Source: Piedraia hortae CBS 480.64 (lineage: Eukaryota). From it: DNA of 46,876 bases. Shown piece by piece: positions 1 through 10,279 of this stretch (position 1 is its first letter; every line of letters starts with the position of its first letter). Location of the stretch: the NCBI GenBank assembly GCA_010093745.1, contig MU006038.1, positions 1 to 46,876 on the forward strand. Direction: 5' to 3'. Made by a program: the position numbers and the translations under genes. The notes beneath the pieces are model-generated. The model saw nothing but the letters and a program-made list of their open reading frames with translations, was not told where the DNA came from and made no database searches.

Positions 1-32
1 CCGCGCACCGTGGAGTGCTGAATCGAATCAGC

Positions 33-165
33 AAGGGGGAGTGTTGTGAATATGCGGTATATTACGCGCATTATTAGTAACCGTCGCTCGGCTCTCGACT
101 TCACGCGTCAACTAGTTTTCCGTAGAGATTTGTATGCAGGTACACATCTGCTCACAATTATAATA
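33..165 (+). mobile_element. 3' end of an LTR retrotransposon: polypurine tract (33-41) plus short LTR (42-165)
   Basis: AAGGGGGAG is immediately followed by TGTTG. The segment ends ...CACAATTATAATA, and 107-165 is a perfect 59-bp reverse complement of 46818-46876, which defines the right boundary. Confidence 0.7.
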
Positions 166-3100
166 AGAACCCGTAGAAGATGTAAGTTTGTGTTGCAGTG
201 CACCAATACAGGTGAAGGTGATGATGATGCTGCTGCTGCTAACTGCGCTCCTGCTGTGTGACACCACTCGCGTGGCGGACGCGGAGATTTTATGTTGGTG
301 GCTTGCATGAATTTGCGGCATTTCGCTTTTTTGATTTTAGACTTGTGCATGGAGGAGGCGCTGCTGCAAAGAATTATGTTGTTTTCCTGCCATAACCCGT
401 TGCACTGTATAATCCGGAAAGAGATACTGTGAAGGATATCTTGCGTTATGGATGTGTTGTTGGGTAATGACGTGCAGAGGGATTCATTCCGAAAGTGTGG
501 AATTTGGAAAAGATGAGATTGGGAGGGATGGCTTATGGCGCATTAGGATCGGCGAATGGATGCATTCAGAAATCCCGGTTCAGGTAAAGCAATGGCTATG
601 TCAATTTATTATGGTCAGGGTGTAGCGACGAAGCAATCTCTTTGGCTGTACCTTTTTGCCAGAGGTCGTTGGGACAAATGGTAGGCGTGAAATGATGGTT
701 GATCTTCGATAGCCTCTCTATTCGTGGGTTCTAAGCGAATGAGCAAAGCATGCCTCAAAGTATTTAATATGAACAGGCATTTTCGAGTCTAATTCCCCAA
801 GGCAATGACAGCCAAAGGAATTTGCACATGATTGGGATTATCACTGCCGACCTGCGGGATACATCCAAAAAGGAATGATGTCGTTAGCTTGACATGATAG
901 CCTACAACGACCGATAGCAGACAATTGTCATAGGGGCCAAGTCGGCCCTGATCAATGCTTTTTTGGTGTGGCTCAAAGCCAGAGCCAACGTCATATCGGA
1001 GTGACGGGGCAAGAAAAAAAATTGCACAAGTATGTGGCTGTTCCAACGAGAGCGCCTAACACCGCCAGCATACCCAGCCGTTGATGGAGGGCGCTTGGCT
1101 GGTCATTGTCATGAGCTTGATGCGAGCAGAATCGTACTGGTCCCGCAGCTTCGGAAGCTTTGTTAGTTGTGTGTGGCTCAGCTGCAGTTATACCGACCTA
1201 TCACAAACGTCGGTCAACGATCCCAAGTAATGTAATCTTTCAACGTCGGACAACGTCCAAATTTGGTCGTTGCCGTCAACTCGGAAGCTTGACGATAGGA
1301 ATGGACGCAGTGAACCATAATCTAGTCTAGCGTAAAGGGAAAGAAGGCCTAGCATACGGCTTCGTGCACAAGAGGACGACCAAGCAACCGTCGACAAACT
1401 CTGGCTTCAAGGAAGCGGCCTCGTCTAACAGAGTTACGTGGGGTTGAGATCATGGGGCTACGCTCGCCTAACGGTGCAGACTCATAATGAACGTAGCAGC
1501 AGCAGTCATCGACCAAGAGGTCGTCAACGGCAGGTTCCATGTCCAAAGTGGAGAGTGCATCATGTTGATGTGCGCGAGATGACATTGGGTGTGGCTTGAC
1601 GGGTGTAAATCCCTCGCGGCCCCTGAAAGGTGACCAAAACAGCGCGAGCCGTTTTGACAGATATTCATTTATTTCACTTTGGCTATGAAAGAATAGGCTT
1701 AGCGTCGGCGGTCGGCGCGCCAAACTACCGATATTCCGGGGTTCCGGGGCGAACTTGCGCCGCGCCACACGACCCTGAGATGAGAGATGGCACGGAGATG
1801 ACGACAGCGAAGAAGCGAGCAGGGGCGTGCGCCAGCGGTGAGCAGTTGCAGTCGCGTGTGAACTGCGCGGCGAGCTTCCGTAGACCCCTTAGGTCAGCTC
1901 CGCTAGAGTGGTACAGCACATTGCGACGGTTCCCGCTGACTGCCGTGCAACGTTTCGTCGAGACAGCGGAAGGCTGCGCCGGCTGCGCCGGGTCAACGGA
2001 AGCGGTGTATCAAGGCCCCAGGGATGATAACCGCCGTGTCGGCTTGACCGCTCGCTTGGGTCACGTGGCTGAGATCATCATGCCTCGGCGAGCCCGTTGT
2101 CTTGACGTTTATGCGGACGTTTCATCAAACGATACGACAAGGATGGCCACGAGCAGCAGATCACAGCAGCGCATCAGTTCGCCGGCTGTCAATTATGGGT
2201 GCACAGCACATTGGCACATTACAGCAGGTGAACAGAGACCACACTCTTGTCCCGAAAACCATTGCCACAATCAATCTCAACGGCGACCGTTGGCTGACAG
2301 TCCCAGAACGTTTTAGCGAGGTTTAATTTATTGGTTCAGGATGAAGGAGAAAAATCAGGGGTCAAAAATCAAATACCGTGGGCAGATGCGCTAGGCACGC
2401 GAGGAAGACCCAAGGGATCGGAGCAGATCTAACGGGGCCCCGTCCTCGCCTAACGCTACCCGTTTCGGGCCTAGCGCTGCAGCCGATCGATCTGCAGTGG
2501 CTTGTTCGGGTCAGCCACAGCGACGTGACAGAGGTGACGCTGGCTGCCAGACAGATCCATGTTTGCAACGGGTGAAATGGTGTGGGGGGCAGCAGAGATG
2601 GGGAGGGGCATGTTCCATGGCAGGTGTCGGTGAGTGCTGGGCAGGCGGCCAGGGTTCTGCTAACCGATGGGGGGTGTGTGGAAGACCATCTGAATGCCCC
2701 AATTGGTCAACGCATACATGCCTTATGGTATTTGCAATTCACCCCTGCCAAAAGTGGCGAAGCGGTGCCAGCCACAACCCTGTTGCGGCGCCTCAATGCC
2801 GATGGCCACGCTTCGTGCCAGTCCCAAGGGACAACGGCGGGTGATCGGTGCATCACCCAAGCTTCTGCTGAACGTCACGTCCTTCTAGCCCTGGCCCACC
2901 CGGGGGTTGTTAATAAGCATTCCGCAAAACAGGCTTGCTACCGGCTTTCCGGGGCAGGGCAGCGTTAGACACAGCGGTAGGCAGCGCAGGCACCGCTCCG
3001 ACTTGACGTCTCCCCGGCGCCGACATCCCCCGGTGACAGCGCCATGATGGCATTCGCCACGATTGCCGCCACAGTTGCACGCCTCCGTCCTGACCCTTCA

Positions 3101-3320
3101 TCCACCCCGGGCGACGCTTAAGTTTGGGCCATGGTCGTGAACGGCGCACTAAGCTCCGAGCCCGCCTCGGTGCTCGATACCGGTACACGTGCCCAACGTC
3201 TCTGTAAATATATCCTCTGCGCCCGCGCCACCTACCTCCTGCTTCAAAAGGTACTTGGTCTCTTTCCTTCCCTAAGTCTCCTTGCATTCTTACCACACAC
3301 TCGCTCAACCTCTGTCCACC

Positions 3321-4292
3321 ATGCCCCAACACAAGAGAGGTCCCTGGTCGCAGGGTGAGGATCAGTACCTACTGCATCTTGTGAACCAGTTTGGAGCCCA
3401 CAACTGGGTGCGCATCTCGGCGACGATGCAAACGAGGTCGCCCAAACAGTGTCGAGAGCGTTTTCATCAGAGTCTCAAGCCAAACCTCAACCACGACCCC
3501 ATTACGCCCGAAGAGGGTATGTTGATTGAGCAAATGGTTGCTGAGATGGGGAAACGCTGGGCCGAGATTGCCCGCCGGTTGCGAGGTCGCAGCGACAATG
3601 CCGTCAAGAACTGGTGGAACGGCAGCATGAATCGTCGGCAGCGTGGTCAGCACAATCAGGCTCGGCGGTCAGACCCCAGACCGGTCCCGCAACAGCCTCT
3701 CCCCACCTATCAGCCTCCGCCCTTGTGCTATGGGCAAGCAATGTACCAGCAGCCCCCCTATCCGCAGCCATCTAGCCTGCCATCCAACGCCCCGCCGTAC
3801 CCGCAACGGCACTCTGGTCTCATCGATACCCCTTTGCCCTCGCCTTCTGCGTTTTCTCAGTTTTCGGCCGATGGCGCACCGTCTCTGACATCTGACAATT
3901 CGTCAGCTTCGGGACGTTCTCCAAACAACGGTCACGTTTCCATTGAACTTCCGCCTCTGGGCAGCGACCGTCGGCAGTCTGGCAACAATGCTCGTTGTGC
4001 CCCTTACCCAATGGAAGACTATTCGGCCAAAGCAGATCCCAATTCGCTTCTTCACAGCTCATATTTGGGTCCTTCTTACCTCTCGAGGCCGATGCGGCCC
4101 CAGCAGCAGCCTCTCCCCCCGGCACCGCTGCTGCGCAGCAACGCCGGGCCCTCTCCGCCTCAGCTACCCAGCATCTCTAGCTTTCACATTGATCCCGCTC
4201 TGTCAGGTCGGGGAAGCATTCCTACATCTATGCCGTCTTCGGGCCCAGACTCTCCCAAAAACAAGATGAGTCTTTCAAACCTGACGCACTAG
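3321..4292 (+). CDS. flbD: R2R3 Myb transcription factor, FlbD-like (conidiation regulator)
   Basis: ATG at 3321. KRGPWSQGED...NWVRIS...RSPKQCRERFHQSLKP...WAEIARRLRGRSDNAVKNWWNG closely matches FlbD repeats, followed by a P/Q/S-rich tail. No intron needed; TATA-like TAAATATA near 3205. Confidence 0.88.
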   Translation: MPQHKRGPWSQGEDQYLLHLVNQFGAHNWVRISATMQTRSPKQCRERFHQSLKPNLNHDPITPEEGMLIEQMVAEMGKRWAEIARRLRGRSDNAVKNWWNGSMNRRQRGQHNQARRSDPRPVPQQPLPTYQPPPLCYGQAMYQQPPYPQPSSLPSNAPPYPQRHSGLIDTPLPSPSAFSQFSADGAPSLTSDNSSASGRSPNNGHVSIELPPLGSDRRQSGNNARCAPYPMEDYSAKADPNSLLHSSYLGPSYLSRPMRPQQQPLPPAPLLRSNAGPSPPQLPSISSFHIDPALSGRGSIPTSMPSSGPDSPKNKMSLSNLTH

Positions 4293-6288
4293 CCGTCATA
4301 CAATAGAAACAATGTACAGTGATTTACTGCGTTCAAGCGTGGGGGGATTGGGCAAAGGGGTCAGGAGTCGGTAAGACGGAGATGTTATTATTGGTATGAG
4401 TTACGTGCTAGTCAGCGACAAAACTCGTTCACGATCACCTTTGTCTCCATCTGATTGCCATGTTCCATGATTACCTTCAGAGTAGTCAAGTCAGTCGAGA
4501 AGTGACGTCCACGTCCACCCCACAAATCCAAATCTTTGGAAAGGCATGTACCCCTTGGGGCCGTTTTGAGGCGTGCTTGCATGCGCCCATGGCCCGTTTC
4601 CCCTTAGACCCCCAGCCCCATCGACTCCCAATTCCAAATGTGTTGCATGCTCCACTGACCCAAAGGGGCATGGCGTCCCTTTGCTTATGTCACCTCTTGC
4701 ATAGGTGGAGATCCGCTTACGTTATGGACTGCATTAGTGGCTGATTGAAGTTGGCGTCCAATCGGTGGCCAATGGCTTGCGCGTCCTTTACTTGTTGGGG
4801 CTTACCTCTTTGTGGAGAAACGGCCGACACCAAGCAACAATCCTCGAGTGTGTCAGTATCATTCCTCTCGTATTTTTCTTTACGGATCGTGATCTCGCCT
4901 AAGCTAATCCTCGAGCCGTGTAATCATCAACAGAAAGAGAAAAAAAAACATGCGACCAGGCTGACCCCGGCCTGTTTCTGATCTCTTGCCCGTTTCTACG
5001 GCCGATGAGGAGTTTCTTGCCACCCGGCACAGATCTACAATTGTCCGATGATCGTATGCTAGAAGCTGGGGAAAAAAGCCAGGATCGCTTGTGCGTTCCG
5101 CCAGATCTGCCACCATCTGTGATGATCGTAACCTCCACATTCTTCTTCCTTCGGGCGAGCTTGCTCCCAAGGAACAGGCACATCTTGTGAATCCCCATGT
5201 GGATACATGCCATGTGGCCTCGGGTCGTACGGATGGTGTTTTTCCCGAAACTGGGAAACAGCGGTTTTTTGCCATTGCACTTGGGTTGTTACTATTTACG
5301 GATACGCTGTGTTTTGTGTTCTGTTCTGGTAGGACCAGAGCGTTGGTAACGGCTATTTGTCCAAGGGATATATACACTACATAGTAGTGACTATTGTACT
5401 CCTCGATAGTTACTCAGGTCACGTATTGTTTGTTCTTTAGGCTCAACAAAGTAAGGCTCTACCTCAGGCTTTATGGCATCTGAATCATGCCCGCGTACAC
5501 GCTTACGGGGCCTTGGATGCGTGGTATCTGCGTACGGATGGTCCAGGGAGCGAGAGTGAGAACATTGTAGAAGGTACTAGAATGCACGTGCAGTCAATTG
5601 CTGGAGAGAATATCACCTCCAACTTCCATGGCTAATATGCGATTGGGGACCCCAAAGGACTTTATAGTGGTCGGAGACTCACACACGGGGGCTTGGCGAC
5701 CGCTCTAGAGCTCAATAGAGTCAATTCTGGTGAGAAGCTGAGCAGAGTCATGTTAATGACCTGCCATTCATGTCCACGGGCTTGGCAACCGATCTATCAT
5801 AAGTCTGAGCAAAGTTATACCTGTAAAGCAATTGTCATGCTGACTTTCCAGCGCCTAAGTGTCAGCGAGTTGAGCCACCGCTCTGGGGCTGAGTAGAGTT
5901 ATAGTTACTATTTAGCTTCACCAACGGCACGTCAGAAGAATTTGTCTTTGTCCCAAACATATTGTCACAAGTTGAGTTGGCAGCTCCGTTACATATGCCA
6001 TATTCAACGTTATAGCTGTGATACTCCTCGTGGGAATAACCCTAGCAAACTGGCACTCACATGGTCATAGACTTCACACCAACGATGGGAAGTTAACATG
6101 ACATCTCCATCCACCTAACCTCAATGGTTTGGAGTGGTGGGTTAATCTTCCACTCAGTGGACACCAATCTATATCAGACTCACCTCAACAAACCTGCTCA
6201 TCCACTACACGTCCAAAAATCAGCACCCGCATCCCAACCAACTAAAGACTCACCTCCTCTTCAACACAGCCCGCTCAGCATCAGATAG

Positions 6289-7261
6289 TTAAACCTCCGG
6301 ATAAACATCCCTACACCCATCAGCACCCACCCCCCATCACGAATCTCTAAACTCACGTCCTCCTACACAACGGCAACCCCCTCCTCGTCTCCCTCACAAC
6401 CCCCAAATCTACCTCTACAACCTCAACCCCGACCCCCTCCCCCTTAACCTCCGCAACAACCTCCCCACACGGATCCACCACCATCCCATGCCCATAACTC
6501 TCCCTAGTCTCACTATGCCACCCCCTCTGCGCCGCCGCAACAACATAACACTGGCACTCAATCGCCCTCGCCCTCAATAAAACCTCCCAATGCCTCCTCC
6601 CCGTCTGCACCGTAAACGCCGACGGATAAAGCAGCACTTCCGCCCCCATCCTCCTCAACGCGAGCGAAACCTGCGGAAACCTTAGATCAAAACAAATCAT
6701 CGGTCCGATTTTTCCAATCGGGGAGGAGAATGGTTCGGGGAGGGTGGCTCCGGGTTCGGTGGTAGTGCTTTCGCTTAGGACTGCTCCGCCGGTGCTGCTG
6801 AGGTCGAGGTCGAAGAGGTGGAGCTTTTGGTAGCGGTTGGTTATGACTCCTTCGGGGGAGATCCAGATTAGGGTATTTGAGACTTTTTGGGGGGTTGGGG
6901 AGGGTTCGTGGATCCCGACAGAAAGGGAGAGGGAGTGGATTTTTGCTTCGGTCACTAGGCCTTGGACGAAGGGGGATTTTGAGACGGGGAAGGTGAGGGA
7001 GAGGGTTTCATGGGGGGAAGACGCGATGAAGTCGCTTGCTTCGGGGAGGAAGAGGACCTGGGTTTTGTTGGGGGTGTAATTTTTTTTGGGAGGGAGGGGG
7101 AAGGGATGGAATACCTTTGCGCCATGGGAGATGGCTTTTTGGATTGCGAGTTTACATTGGGCGAGGTTGTGGAGCATGTTGGCTGTGGATGTGATTTGGG
7201 CGATTGCCTATATCTTGTTAGGTTTGGTTGGGGGGCTAGGGGGACGGACGATGAGGGACAT
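6289..7261 (-). CDS. NIT2: Carbon-nitrogen hydrolase, Nit1/NIT2 type (deaminated glutathione amidase); 4 exons
   Basis: Catalytic motifs LFLPEASD, YQKLHLFD and ICFDLRFP. Exons 7261-7250, 7207-7115, 7057-6357 and 6310-6289 with GT..AG introns of 42, 57 and 46 nt give MSLIAIAQITST...RRTDVYPEV*. Confidence 0.85.
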
Positions 7262-7337
7262 GTTGATTGACTTGGGTAGATGATACGAGCGAGGGTTGAC
7301 CACTTGAGAGAGTTGATGGGTGCGGGGCACTTCCAAC

Positions 7338-7862
7338 ATGTCACTCCAACCACCACCCTACACTACTTTTCCGCCTTTCTACACGTTACAGTCGAATTTA
7401 CAAACCCGTGCGAGACAATTAGAGTTGTGGACGTCATGGATCTTGATGTATTGCGCCCATCACAGGGTTTACAAGCTGTCGCTTGCGTCGCCTCCGTCGG
7501 AGTTGTTTGGAAATTCGAAGATTAAGAGGGGGTTGAAACCTTCGGACTGCGTTACTGTACTAGAGCACATGGCGAAGGTTGAGGGCAGGGTTGAGTGGCT
7601 TGATAAGACCAAGAGGTTTTGTTATGTGCATTGGAAGCTGCCCGATGAGTGGGCGGATGTAATTCTAAAGTGGATTGAGGACACGGGACAGAAGGGCTCG
7701 GTGTTGACAGTTTATGAGCTGAGAGAAAGCGATGCGGTGAGAAATATGGAGTGGAGGGATATGGATGAGGATTTGTTGAAGAAGGTTCTCGGTGTATTGG
7801 TCAAGAAGGGGAAAGCGCAGATTTTTGGGCAGCAGGATGGGTTGGGGGTGAAGTTTTTTTGA
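7338..7862 (+). CDS. VPS25: ESCRT-II subunit Vps25
   Basis: PPPYTTFPPFYTLQ, LFGNSKIKRGL, W.EDTGQKGSVLTVYEL and C-terminal GVKFF; ATG at 7338. Confidence 0.93.
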   Translation: MSLQPPPYTTFPPFYTLQSNLQTRARQLELWTSWILMYCAHHRVYKLSLASPPSELFGNSKIKRGLKPSDCVTVLEHMAKVEGRVEWLDKTKRFCYVHWKLPDEWADVILKWIEDTGQKGSVLTVYELRESDAVRNMEWRDMDEDLLKKVLGVLVKKGKAQIFGQQDGLGVKFF

Positions 7863-7989
7863 TGGGGGGTGTTGTGTGTGTGCGTGCCAAGCCTCACCCA
7901 TAGCTCAGAACTATGCGGTCGAGTGAGTTCATGTTATGCGGTATGGTTACTGTAATTGATTAGCTATAAACTGAATGTGCATGGGTATA

Positions 7990-10125
7990 CTACGCTATAG
8001 AACTATTCAACTGACTTTCATATTCGTGTCCCAATCGTCGCCTCCTCTTTCCCTCCCAGACCGCTCGAATAGTCCTTCTCGTCTGATCACGCCCCTCATT
8101 AAAATTGACCTGGGCCAGCCGAGTCACTTTCTCAATCTGCTCTGGTGTATATACGAAATTCCATGTCGACATGTAATCATCATGCATTGGGTCTACGCCC
8201 TCGACGGTCGCGTTCTTCAAAAATGGAAAGTAAACCAAAGTGATTCCGGCGTTGGGCGATGATAGGCAGCGTTCGCCCAACTCCCACGTTGCATCGTCCA
8301 TCTTTTGCGCCTTACCCCGTTCCTCCTTTGTTCCAACCCACACCGTGCAGCTACCGAGATCGGCAGAGCTATTGTCTTCAGACGCGTTGATATGTTCTTC
8401 CTGGGCTTTGGCTTGTGCATCCTCGAGCTCTTGTCTAGTCTCTTCCTTTGACTTGGATTTTGACGGCCATCCGGCTCCCATGGGCCATCCCTTGATATTA
8501 CGCTGACGGACGTAACCGTCTACAACACCAATCCAGTTATCCTCCCTTACATCAGCCGACGCATCAAAAGCGATGATAACATCGACCTGCCGCCCGGGAC
8601 GCAAAAGCGGATAGATTGGCAGGTTATTGGCCATGCCGGCGTCCATTAGCTGTAGATGCGTTGACTCGAGCAAGCCTTGTGAACAAGCGGCTGGCAAACG
8701 CCCTTTTAGACCCAATGCATAGTTTGGAATCACGGCGGGATCAATCGGATGGACCTTGGACATCTCATCCTCCCGGTCAGTCAACAAGGCGTCTAACCGT
8801 CCAAGACCGCTGATTGTAAGCAACGGTCTTACTTCACGATAGTAATGGGATAGAGTTGCGCAAAACGCACTTCCCCACATGCCCATCATCATCGGCACTC
8901 GCAGTTGAGGCAAGACGTAACCTTCATGAGGCCATACAGTATGGCCAGCGGACCATTTACGACCAAGGGCCCAGGTGGGAATCCCGGCTTCGAGCTCCTC
9001 GCTAAAGAACTCGTAGGGAGTCCACTCGAACCATTGAAAATAGTCGCGCCCGTCTTTCTCCTCGGGAATCTCATGACGCACGGCAGTGTATATGGGCAAC
9101 GGATGGTTCCCCTTGTCAGTGTGAATGCGCTGGTTGGACAGCTTCAGATCACCATCATTAACCCTGATGTTGTCGTGGGGAACAAGAAGGCGTGCGGCCA
9201 GCGTTAGACCGTACAAATCCACCAGACCAAAGTCTGCGTCGGGCACTCCTTTGAGCTTTTCCAGGAATCCTTTGAGGAGGTATTTGTTGGTGGGTGATTG
9301 GCTGAGGAGGTCAAGCAAAGGCGGCGGATATGCGATATGCTGACCCAGCCGATCTTTGAGGTGCTTGATGATATGTGCATAGTTTTGCTGGCCTATGGAT
9401 GTGAAATAGAGTGTTTGCAGCCAGCAGCTGCCACTGACGCCTGCCGTATATGTGACACAGTCAAAAAGGCCGTCTTCAGCCGCAGCAAGACATGAACCTG
9501 CGCCAGATACGAGAGCGCGAATGCCACCACCGGACCCGCACATGGCAATAACGGGCACATCGTCAGGATGCACATCAGACTCTGGAACACCAAGATATTT
9601 TGCCAAAGCTTTTACAGTGTGTTGGCGACGATTGGAGAGGAAATCTTTTTCTTCATCGCAAAGGTCTGTGGATAATCGCACTTGGGCTTCCCAAGATATC
9701 TCAGGATTCACTGCTGGATCACGCGCTTCTTCCCAGATTTCAGAGCTCAAGCTCCATGGTGCCATGGATAGTTCATCTTCAATCTTTGCTTTCCAGTCTG
9801 GTAGATAGCGAACCCATTTGGGGATTAATGCATCCGTTACCTTTTCACGCACACTTGCAAAGTCAAGACCGGGTCCTTTTGACTCAGTCTCTGGCGCTTG
9901 GGGTGGCGGAGCTTGGGTGCTGACCAGTCTTTGTTCCCTTCCATTTGAGAAGCTTGGGGTGAATCTGGACGTCCAGTTATCGGGTGTTTCTTTACTATCG
10001 GCTAAGACGGGATTCTTCTGTGCGGCATAGACGGCAATTCCACAGGCCGCCGAACCACCAATGCCGATTTTTAAAAGCTTGTCGCGCCGCAATGCGCTTT
10101 GCATCCGTCTCAACGCGCGAATCAT
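7990..10125 (-). CDS. Cytosolic phospholipase A2 / lysophospholipase (PLA2c domain)
   Basis: GSGGGIRA, GVSGS (catalytic Ser) and LMDAG (catalytic Asp). First ATG at 10125 (alternative 10104); the Arg-rich N-terminus resembles a mitochondrial presequence. Confidence 0.88.
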   Translation of the reverse strand: MIRALRRMQSALRRDKLLKIGIGGSAACGIAVYAAQKNPVLADSKETPDNWTSRFTPSFSNGREQRLVSTQAPPPQAPETESKGPGLDFASVREKVTDALIPKWVRYLPDWKAKIEDELSMAPWSLSSEIWEEARDPAVNPEISWEAQVRLSTDLCDEEKDFLSNRRQHTVKALAKYLGVPESDVHPDDVPVIAMCGSGGGIRALVSGAGSCLAAAEDGLFDCVTYTAGVSGSCWLQTLYFTSIGQQNYAHIIKHLKDRLGQHIAYPPPLLDLLSQSPTNKYLLKGFLEKLKGVPDADFGLVDLYGLTLAARLLVPHDNIRVNDGDLKLSNQRIHTDKGNHPLPIYTAVRHEIPEEKDGRDYFQWFEWTPYEFFSEELEAGIPTWALGRKWSAGHTVWPHEGYVLPQLRVPMMMGMWGSAFCATLSHYYREVRPLLTISGLGRLDALLTDREDEMSKVHPIDPAVIPNYALGLKGRLPAACSQGLLESTHLQLMDAGMANNLPIYPLLRPGRQVDVIIAFDASADVREDNWIGVVDGYVRQRNIKGWPMGAGWPSKSKSKEETRQELEDAQAKAQEEHINASEDNSSADLGSCTVWVGTKEERGKAQKMDDATWELGERCLSSPNAGITLVYFPFLKNATVEGVDPMHDDYMSTWNFVYTPEQIEKVTRLAQVNFNEGRDQTRRTIRAVWEGKRRRRLGHEYESQLNSSIA

Positions 10126-10279
10126 GGCGTCTGTCCCAAGGCGCGTCCGGCGCCTGTCATCAGAACCCCACACCGTGGTAAGGTCCGGGCCGCGCCGCTC
10201 CACGCGAGAGTGGGTCCGGGAACGCCCGCCGCGACCTCACATCACGACGATGTGATAGGAGTTTCTCAGAGCCGCAGAG

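Noticed and set aside
1630..2968. ORFs of 100-228 aa upstream of flbD
   Set aside because: Mostly non-ATG starts, no motifs, Arg/Ala/Cys-rich composition typical of chance GC-rich frames.
4750..5400. Possible Tc1/mariner transposase remnant on the minus strand (TIITDGGRSG..KRSWLFSP)
   Set aside because: Only a faint resemblance, with no TIRs or complete DDE triad; needs an HMM search.
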